Shown here one piece after another: positions 51,237-58,418 of a stretch of 64,000 bases of DNA. A model generated the notes under the pieces. The model saw nothing but the letters and a program-made list of their open reading frames with translations. It did no database searches and was not told the DNA's origin. This stretch comes from Acidobacteriota bacterium (GTDB lineage: Bacteria > Acidobacteriota > Thermoanaerobaculia > Gp7-AA8): assembly GCA_019244185.1 (NCBI GenBank), contig JAFATB010000015.1:25109-89108 (forward strand), read 5' to 3'. How positions within the stretch are numbered: position 1 is the first letter of the stretch; the number at the start of each line of letters is the position of its first letter. The position numbers were made by a program, and so were the translations under genes.

Positions 51237-51456
51237 TCGTTCCCAGCGGCGGAAATGCACATCATGCGCCGCGCGGGCGGATTCTATACAAGGTTCCCCG
51301 CCCCGCGCGCCGCCGATGCATGCGCCCACGCGACTCTACCGCGCGTGGCGAAATCGCGCCCTGCCGCACCCACTCCACCCTTCCTTATCTCGGGCTCCGC
51401 CACCCACCCGCTCCACTTGCAGGAGAACCGCATCTCCACCCGTAAAATCCTCACCA

Positions 51457-52575
51457 ATGTCCGACGAAGCGTTGACATCGGATTTCGTTCTCGAGGACCT
51501 CCGCCGCTACGTGGCGAGCAACGGGTTCTCCCTCTCGCCACAGCTGGAGGAAGTGCTGCTGCACGTCGAACGTCTCGCCGAGGAGCTCGCGCTCGATCCC
51601 TATCCATCGCTCTTCATGCTCGGTCTTCTCGAGAAGTCGCCGCGGCTGCGCGAGGCGGTGCGCATGCTGCGCGGCGATCCCGACGAAGGCGCGCGCGTGG
51701 TGCGCGAAGACCTCGCCGACTATCCCGATCTCGAACCGTACAGCGAAGGCGTGCCGTATTCACATCCGGAGGAACGCGACTTCTGGGAGCGGACGGTGCT
51801 CATCGACCGCACGATCGAGAAAGCAGCGGTCGACGACCGGCGCGAGCTGCTCGACACCGACTTCGCCCGCGCGCTCATCGAACGCCAGCTCAGCCTTCTG
51901 CGGAAGGAAAACCTCGACGGCACGTGGAAGGATCGCGCGCTGCAGGCGCCGTACGTGATGCTCGCGCACATCGCGAACATCTTCGACGAGTCGCTCGCCG
52001 TCAACGTCCGCGACATCAACCGCCTGCTGCGCCACGAGCGTTCCGAGTTCTCGCTCGCCGCCGTTCCCGACGAGTTGCGCGAGCCAGTGCTGCGCTTCCT
52101 CGACGACCATCCCGAGCCGCGGCGCACCGCGTTCGTGATGATGGAGTTCGGCACGACGCCGCTGCACAAGGAGATCTTCGCCGCGATCCGCACCGCGCTC
52201 GCCGCCTTCGGCCTCGAGGCATTGCGCGCCGATCAGAAGTCGTACAGCGACCAGCTCGGCGCGAACATCAAGACGTACATGTACGCGTGCGGCTTCGGCG
52301 TCGCCGTCTTCGAGCGCCTCACGAACGAAGTGCACAACGCGAACGTGACGTACGAAGTCGGCTACATGCAGGCGCTCGCCAAGCCGGTCTGTCTGCTAAA
52401 GGACTCGACGCTGCGCGGCCTCAGCACCGATCTCACCGGCAACATCTATCTGCCGTTCGACGTGCAGAGCGCGCGCGACTCCATCCTCACCCAGCTGCGC
52501 GGCTGGCTCGAACAGCAGAAGCTCGTCATGCGGCCGGTGCGAGGTTCTCGTCGAATCGAGTCCGTCTCGCAATGA
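51457..52575 (+). CDS. Protein with helical N-terminus and C-terminal TIR/nucleoside-deoxyribosyltransferase-like domain
   Basis: AFVMMEF, LRAD, NANVTYEVGYMQALAKPVCLL and TDLTG motifs. Confidence 0.7.
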   Translation: MSDEALTSDFVLEDLRRYVASNGFSLSPQLEEVLLHVERLAEELALDPYPSLFMLGLLEKSPRLREAVRMLRGDPDEGARVVREDLADYPDLEPYSEGVPYSHPEERDFWERTVLIDRTIEKAAVDDRRELLDTDFARALIERQLSLLRKENLDGTWKDRALQAPYVMLAHIANIFDESLAVNVRDINRLLRHERSEFSLAAVPDELREPVLRFLDDHPEPRRTAFVMMEFGTTPLHKEIFAAIRTALAAFGLEALRADQKSYSDQLGANIKTYMYACGFGVAVFERLTNEVHNANVTYEVGYMQALAKPVCLLKDSTLRGLSTDLTGNIYLPFDVQSARDSILTQLRGWLEQQKLVMRPVRGSRRIESVSQ

Positions 52576-53821
52576 ACACGACCGCCACGATCGCGAGGAG
52601 AATCCCGTTCATCGCCAGCGCCGCGGTGATCGACCAGCGCTGCGCGACGTATCCCGCCAGCAGATTGCCGAGCGGCATGCCGCCGCGGAACGCGAGCATG
52701 AAGATCGACATCACGCGCCCGCGCATCGAGTCGCTCGTCGCCAGCTGCACGAGCGAGCTGTAGAGCGAGATCACGCCGACGATGCACATGCCGGCGAAAA
52801 AGGAGATGACCAGCGACAGCGGCAGCGAGCGCGAAAACGCGAAGCCGGTGAGCAGACACGCAAACGCGAGCTGCAGCTCGAGCGCGATCTTCCCCTTTTT
52901 CGCAGCGTGCGACGTCGCCGCGATGATCAGCGCGCCCGTCACCGAGCCGAGGCCGTACGTCGTCATCATCCACGCGTAGCCGCGCGCCTGCAGACCGAAG
53001 ATGCTCTTTGCGACGACCGGCAGGAACGTCACGATCGGCATGCCGAGGAATGTGCCGGCGAACGCGAGGAACGTCAGCACGAGCAGCGTCTTGCGCGAGA
53101 AGACGAAGTGAAAGCCCGCTTTCATCTCGTCGAGAATGCTGCTGTCCGCGTTGCGCGCGTTGATCATCGGCGTCTGGATGAGCATCAGCGCGACGATCAC
53201 GGCGATGAACGAGACGCCGTTGAGACCGAAGCAGACCGCCGCGCCCCACGTCGACAGCGCGATGCCGGCCAGGATCGGGCCGATGACGCGCGCGAGATTG
53301 AACTGCATCGAGTTCATCGCGATCGCGTTCGGCACGTCCTCGCGCTTGACGAGCAACGGCAGCAGCGAGATGTACGCCGGTCCGCTGAACGACTGCGCGC
53401 TCCCGGTCAGAAACGACAGCAGGAAGATGTGCCACACCTTGACGCGCTTCGACCAGATCAGCGCGGCGAGGACGAACGCGAACGTCATCTGGAGGTACTG
53501 CGACGCGAGCATGATCTTGCGCCGCTCCAGCCGGTCGGCGACCACGCCGCCAAAAAGCGAAAAAATCAGCATCGGACCGGTCGACAGGAACGCGTCGACG
53601 CCGAGGAGCAGCGGCGAGTTCGTCATGTTCAGAACGACCCAGCCTTGCGCGAGGGTCTGCATCCACGTGCCGGTCGTCGACAAGAACGCGCCGATCCACA
53701 AGAGGCGGAACTCGCGGTAGCGCAACGCGCTGAACGTGCGCGCGAGCGCGCCCTGCGGCGGCGGCGGCTCGCACCGCGCCTGGGACTCGTTCGCTTCTTC
53801 CTGGGGCAGGGATGCGCTCAT
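52526..53821 (-). CDS. MFS transporter (MFS_3/DHA3-like)
   Basis: About 12 TM; GVVADRLERRK, NLARVIGP and MRGRVMS motifs. Confidence 0.92.
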   Translation of the reverse strand: MSASLPQEEANESQARCEPPPPQGALARTFSALRYREFRLLWIGAFLSTTGTWMQTLAQGWVVLNMTNSPLLLGVDAFLSTGPMLIFSLFGGVVADRLERRKIMLASQYLQMTFAFVLAALIWSKRVKVWHIFLLSFLTGSAQSFSGPAYISLLPLLVKREDVPNAIAMNSMQFNLARVIGPILAGIALSTWGAAVCFGLNGVSFIAVIVALMLIQTPMINARNADSSILDEMKAGFHFVFSRKTLLVLTFLAFAGTFLGMPIVTFLPVVAKSIFGLQARGYAWMMTTYGLGSVTGALIIAATSHAAKKGKIALELQLAFACLLTGFAFSRSLPLSLVISFFAGMCIVGVISLYSSLVQLATSDSMRGRVMSIFMLAFRGGMPLGNLLAGYVAQRWSITAALAMNGILLAIVAVVFIARRTRFDENLAPAA

Positions 53822-54318
53822 GCTCGTAGCTTCAGCCGCGCATTCGTCCCAGCCGTATGCGCGTGACAGATCGCGATCGCCAGCGCGTCCGACGCATCCG
53901 CCGACATCCGCAGCGACGCGCCGCCCGGCAACAGCATCCGCACCATCTTCGCCACCTGTTCCTTCTCCGCCCGCCCGTAGCCGACGACCGCGCTCTTTAC
54001 GAGACTCGGCGCGTATTCGAAGACTTCCAACTGCGCGCTGCACGCCGCGAGCAATACGACGCCGCGCGCGTGCGCGAGCTGAATCAGACTCCGCACATTC
54101 TTCCCCGCGAACGGCGTCTCCACCGCCACCGCCTCGGGCCGCGTGCGCGTGATCAGCTCGCACAGCCGCTCGTGAATCGTGGCCAGCCGCTCCGGCAGTT
54201 CCGCGCCGCGGCGCGTCCCGATCGATCCCTGCTCGACCAGCGCCAGCCGCCCCCGCTCCGAATCGATCACTCCGAATCCTGTCGTGATCGAGCCCGGATC
54301 AATCCCAAGGATGCGCAC
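53818..54318 (-). CDS. ruvC: Holliday junction resolvase
   Basis: ILGIDPG, AVE, QLAHARG, GRAEKEQV and DASDALA motifs. Confidence 0.96.
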   Translation of the reverse strand: MRILGIDPGSITTGFGVIDSERGRLALVEQGSIGTRRGAELPERLATIHERLCELITRTRPEAVAVETPFAGKNVRSLIQLAHARGVVLLAACSAQLEVFEYAPSLVKSAVVGYGRAEKEQVAKMVRMLLPGGASLRMSADASDALAIAICHAHTAGTNARLKLRA

Positions 54319-54350
54319 GCGTTCATTCTACCTGCTGCGTTCCGCCGCCC

Positions 54351-54941
54351 TCACCGCTTCCAGAAACGAATCTCGTAAATCGGACGTCCCTCTTCGCGAT
54401 ACTTCGCCTCGTAGTTCGTGCGCGGCGGATCATCCGCCGTCGGCACGCGGCGCTCGGAGGGAAACATCGCCTCCACCAGCGGCGCCGCGCTCTCGAAGTA
54501 CTCCGCGTGATCGGTCACGTAGATCGCGGAGCCCCCATCGACGAGCACGCGCCGGATCTCAGCGAGGACTTCCGTCCGGATGATGCGCCGCTTCTGCTCG
54601 CGCTTCCGCGGCCACGGATCGGGAAAGTAGATGTGCACCTCGCTCACCGACGCATCGGGGATCATCCGCTGCAGGACCAGAAACGCGTCGTGGTTGATGA
54701 GGCGGACGTTCGTCAGATGCCGTTTCGCAATGCGCTCGCGAATGACGCGGTGGTAATGCAGCGACTTCTCGATGCCGACGAGGTTCACCTCCGGACGTTC
54801 GAGTGCCGTGGCGATGAGAAAGCGTCCCTTGCCGGAGCCGATCTCGACGACCACCGGATTCGTGTTGCCGAAAAGCTCCGCGAAATCGAGGCGCTCGAAT
54901 GCCGTCTCGCGCGGATTGATCGCGATCTGCAGCTCGCTCAT
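54351..54941 (-). CDS. trmB: tRNA (guanine-N7)-methyltransferase
   Basis: EIGSGKG, FPDPWPRK, TD and TNYEAK motifs. Confidence 0.95.
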   Translation of the reverse strand: MSELQIAINPRETAFERLDFAELFGNTNPVVVEIGSGKGRFLIATALERPEVNLVGIEKSLHYHRVIRERIAKRHLTNVRLINHDAFLVLQRMIPDASVSEVHIYFPDPWPRKREQKRRIIRTEVLAEIRRVLVDGGSAIYVTDHAEYFESAAPLVEAMFPSERRVPTADDPPRTNYEAKYREEGRPIYEIRFWKR

Positions 54942-54962
54942 GCGGCGCGGACCCTACACCAT

Positions 54963-55493
54963 TCACGCGCCGGCCGCACTCCAGAACGGCGTCGCGTCGA
55001 CCATCTTCCGGATCGCGGCGAGAAGCGACGGGTCGTTGCGCAGCCGCGACCGGATCCACCGCGCGAAGCGAACGTCGCCTTCGTCGCCGCCGTGTTCGCG
55101 CAGATGCGCGAGCCACGCGTCCGGATTTCCGTCGTACACGCGGACGAAGACGTGAAAGCGGATGAATTGCGCGACCATCGACGCGTCACCCCCCGGCATC
55201 TTCACGACGTCCGCGAGCGGCTCGGCAATCGGCTTCGCGCGCCGCCGCGCGAGCGTCGTCGTGAACAGTTCGATCACGTTTTCGATCACGTCGCCGCGCC
55301 GTTCGACGCGATGCGCGATGCGGCTCACGCGCAGCGTTTTTCCGGCCACCCGCACCTGCTCTCCCGGTCCGATCGGCAACCACGGACGACGCGACGCGCG
55401 GCGCCACAACACTTTTCTTTGGCTGCCCGGCGCGTACACGAGAAGAACGTATAAGTTCCTGATAACGCGCGTTTTGACTCGTATCCGTTCCAC
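54963..55493 (-). CDS. Hypothetical protein divergent from the ECF sigma gene
   Basis: GTG start after GAGGGG; basic beta-rich N-terminal half and helical C-terminal half (YDGNPDAWL...RFARWIR). Confidence 0.6.
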   Translation of the reverse strand: MERIRVKTRVIRNLYVLLVYAPGSQRKVLWRRASRRPWLPIGPGEQVRVAGKTLRVSRIAHRVERRGDVIENVIELFTTTLARRRAKPIAEPLADVVKMPGGDASMVAQFIRFHVFVRVYDGNPDAWLAHLREHGGDEGDVRFARWIRSRLRNDPSLLAAIRKMVDATPFWSAAGA

Positions 55494-55575
55494 TCGCACC
55501 CCCTCATCAACGGAGTGTGCGGAAATCCATGAATACCTACCTCCACAGCATGGTAAGGTACGTAAGAAATCCTTC

Positions 55576-56100
55576 ATGACGACGAATTCGCTGACGCAGC
55601 CACGGGTCGACGATCGGCAGTTCGAAGCCGTCTACGAACAGTACTTCCCGCTGCTCGTCCAGATCGCGTCGTTCAAGTTCAGCGTCCCCGATTCCGAGGC
55701 TGAGACGCTCGCGCACGATGTGCTCATCAGCTACCTGCGCAAGAGCCGTTTGATCGTCGAGCTGCGCCCATGGCTGATCGGCGCGATCTGCTACGCGAGC
55801 CGGCACTACTGGCGCCTCAACGGACGCATCCTCGACGCCGAGGCGGAGATCGCGGCGGACCGCGTCGACCCGGCGTCGATTCGGATCCTCGACAGCCTCC
55901 CCGACCAGCTCGCGGCGCGCGAAGCGCTGGAATGCCTCGCCCCGCGCTGCCGCGAGGTCCTGCGGCTCCGCTATTTCGAAGGTTGGACGGTGATCGAGAT
56001 CGCGCAGCGTTTCGGCATCAAGCCGAAGTCCGCGCAGAAGCTGATTTCGAAATGCCTGCGCCGCGCCGAGCGGCTCTACTGCGGAAAGGGCGCGCGATGA
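55576..56100 (+). CDS. ECF RNA polymerase sigma factor
   Basis: Region 2 (FEAVYEQY...EAETLAHDV...PWLIG) and region 4 (LAPRCREVLRLRYFEGWTVIEIAQRFG); 174 aa. Confidence 0.88.
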   Translation: MTTNSLTQPRVDDRQFEAVYEQYFPLLVQIASFKFSVPDSEAETLAHDVLISYLRKSRLIVELRPWLIGAICYASRHYWRLNGRILDAEAEIAADRVDPASIRILDSLPDQLAAREALECLAPRCREVLRLRYFEGWTVIEIAQRFGIKPKSAQKLISKCLRRAERLYCGKGAR

Positions 56101-57290
56101 GCGAACGCGAAGAACGCACGCGCCTCGTCCCCTTCCGCCGGAGCCGCCACACCCCCGACCCCGCCCGCGTCGCCGAGTTCGCCGCGACCGCGCGAAAGAT
56201 CCAGGCCGAACGCGCGCTCGCCGCCGAACAGGTGGAGAAGTTGCTGAAGGAAACCCCGCGCGCACAGTGGCCGCGCCTGGTGAACGAGGAGAGGTTGCGG
56301 ACGCACGGCGCGCTGGAGCAGTTGTCGAATGCGGTGGAGCAGCGGCGCGATCGCAATCCGGTTGAAGCACTGGCGGTGGCCGAGATCGCCTCATCGATCG
56401 CAGCATCGCTCGCGGATTACCCAGGCGTTCTGCTCGCGCAGATGCGGTCGCAAGCATTGAAGGATCGGGCTCAGGTGCTTTGTGCTCTCGCTCGATACGA
56501 CGAGTCGCTCGCGACGATCACCGCTGCAGAAGAACTCCTTGAACCATTCGGCGCGTTAGGGCACGACGTCGCGACGCTGCAGTTCACGCGTGCAAACGTA
56601 CTGCAGCATCTCCGTCGTTTCGACGAAGCCTCCCAACTGCTCGAAGAATGCCGCCGTACTTTTCACAGCTACGGCGACACGCGGCTGTCCACAACGGCCG
56701 CGATCGCGCTGGGGAACCTGCTCGTTCGCCGCGGCGACTACCGTGCTGCATGTCAGCTGCTGCAGCCACTGGCTCAACACACCGAGGCGCCGACGAGGCC
56801 GATCGTACTCCTCGCCCTCGGCTGGTGTGCCGTTCATCTCAACGCGCCCGACGACGCTCTCGAGTACTTCACCGGCGCGCGAGCGGGCTTTCGCGCGCTT
56901 GGCCGTACGGTGTCGGAGCTGAAAGCAGCTTACGGCGTCGCCTCAGCGCTCTTGCATCTGGGCAGGCTCGCTGATGCTGCCGCACAATTCTCAGAGACTC
57001 GTGACCGGTTTCTCGCCTCCGACGTCATCGAGGAAGCGGGCCTCAGCGGGCTCGGAATGGTCGAGGTATACCTGCTGCGGAACGAGAATGATCACGCGAG
57101 AGATCTCGCCGCGCGCATCGTCCATGAATTTTCCGAAGCGCGCCTGAATCAGCGGGCGATCGCGGCGCTGGCATATTTGAACGAGGCAATCGCCGCGAGC
57201 AACGCCACGCCCGACGTTGCCCGCAGCGTGTGCGAATACATCCTGGCGCTGCAACTCGAACCTACATGTGAATTCGCTGTGGTGAACTAG
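56097..57290 (+). CDS. Cytoplasmic tetratricopeptide-repeat protein
   Basis: Repeated TPR-like units (LARYDES, LRRFDEA, RGDYRAA, LNAPDDA, LGRLADA); ATGA overlap with the sigma stop; no signal peptide or TM. Confidence 0.8.
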   Translation: MSEREERTRLVPFRRSRHTPDPARVAEFAATARKIQAERALAAEQVEKLLKETPRAQWPRLVNEERLRTHGALEQLSNAVEQRRDRNPVEALAVAEIASSIAASLADYPGVLLAQMRSQALKDRAQVLCALARYDESLATITAAEELLEPFGALGHDVATLQFTRANVLQHLRRFDEASQLLEECRRTFHSYGDTRLSTTAAIALGNLLVRRGDYRAACQLLQPLAQHTEAPTRPIVLLALGWCAVHLNAPDDALEYFTGARAGFRALGRTVSELKAAYGVASALLHLGRLADAAAQFSETRDRFLASDVIEEAGLSGLGMVEVYLLRNENDHARDLAARIVHEFSEARLNQRAIAALAYLNEAIAASNATPDVARSVCEYILALQLEPTCEFAVVN

Positions 57291-57487
57291 TGGTGCGGCC
57301 AAGGATCGACGAGACCATCACCGAAGATGCGCACGACCAGCTTCTTGATCACCTTCACGATCGGATTCGGCTCTCTCCCGATCCCCACGCCATCGCGGCT
57401 CGGCGCCGCCTGCGCGGATCCTGCGAGCAGCAGAACGACGGACAACGCGACGACACCACGACCCACAACACTGGACACACGACGCAT
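57287..57487 (-). CDS. Small secreted pre-peptide (66 aa)
   Basis: AGGAGG RBS; Sec signal MRRVSSVVGRGVVALSVVLLLAGSAQA|; 39-aa mature part ending IVKVIKKLVVRIFGDGLVDPWPHH; stop overlaps the TPR stop in CTAG. Confidence 0.75.
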   Translation of the reverse strand: MRRVSSVVGRGVVALSVVLLLAGSAQAAPSRDGVGIGREPNPIVKVIKKLVVRIFGDGLVDPWPHH

Positions 57488-57615
57488 AAGCCCTCCTGTT
57501 TCCGGCATTTGCCGGGATTGATCTGGAGGGCGCCCTCACCTCGCGGTGTGACGGAACTGTTCCTTATGCCCCCGTAGGCTGTGCAGGAAACTGCACACGC
57601 GCGCCAGCGCGACAC

Positions 57616-57990
57616 CTAACTCGAGATCGGGAACAACGGCAGGATTCGCGACCTCGCTCGCGCAGGATCGATAGTCACGAGCGCACCACGCTCGAGTTGC
57701 ATCGTCAGATCGTGGAGCGTGGCGACGACGATCGGGCCGACGGCCGCCGGCGTTGGATCCTGCGTACGGATCTGAATGACGCTCGGACCACGCGCGTTGG
57801 TCGCGGCGAGGATGTTGCCGAAATCGAGATCGTGCGTGAACACGGCAAAGCCAGCGTCGCGCGCGTACGCCATGATCTCAGCGTCGGACGCGGTCGGATT
57901 GCCGAGCATCACCCAATGCTCGGCCGTGATGCCGTGTTGCGCAAACAACTGAACCCACTCCGGGCTCTTCATGTCGACGAGCAGTTTCAC
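57616..57990 (-). CDS. DUF5615 PIN-like toxin (VapC45-like)
   Basis: MKLLVDM, DAEI, FTHDLDFG and PSVIQIR motifs. Confidence 0.88.
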   Translation of the reverse strand: MKLLVDMKSPEWVQLFAQHGITAEHWVMLGNPTASDAEIMAYARDAGFAVFTHDLDFGNILAATNARGPSVIQIRTQDPTPAAVGPIVVATLHDLTMQLERGALVTIDPARARSRILPLFPISS

Positions 57991-58214
57991 TTCGCCAGGC
58001 GGACTTCAAATTCATCCGAACGCCACGCCGCATACGCGAGCGCCTCGGAGATGTCTTCGGCCTCGAGGTACGGATAAAGACGAAGAATCTCCTCTTGCGT
58101 GCGTCCGGCAGCGAGCAACCCGATGATCGTTCCGACCGTCACGCGCATGCCGCGAATGCAGGGGCGACCGCCCATGATGGCCGGATCGGCGGTGATACGC
58201 GTGAGGGCGTGCAC
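57987..58214 (-). CDS. DUF433 antitoxin (VapB45-like)
   Basis: RITADPAIMGGRPCIRGMRVTV...YPYLEAEDI; overlaps the toxin start. Confidence 0.92.
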   Translation of the reverse strand: MHALTRITADPAIMGGRPCIRGMRVTVGTIIGLLAAGRTQEEILRLYPYLEAEDISEALAYAAWRSDEFEVRLAK

Positions 58215-58418
58215 GGTGAAAGTGTACGCTCACTGCGCGGACGCGGCGCGCAGCGCCGGCCGCGGTACGGGCGGCTCGTCAGCTTCACCGCCCCCCACCC
58301 CTCCGCACTGACGGAAACATCTCCGTTAACACCCCGCCGTCACCATTTCTGCGGCTTTCCACCGGACGGCCGGTCGGCTAGAGTGCGTCGTTCTTTGTTT
58401 CAGGGGGTTGCAACGCAG

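Noticed and set aside
51237-51440. C-rich intergenic stretch upstream of pdhA as a possible ncRNA
   Set aside because: Explained by divergent promoters (TAGAAT on minus, TAAAAT on plus); no convincing structure or terminator.
57592-57606. Possible sigma54 promoter (TGGCGCGCGTGTGCA, minus strand) for the peptide gene
   Set aside because: GG-to-GC spacing is 9 nt rather than the required 10.
58227-58418. Long leader before the PAS-GGDEF-EAL gene as a possible c-di-GMP riboswitch
   Set aside because: No recognisable c-di-GMP-I/II consensus or terminator, only short dyads; an Infernal search would settle it.
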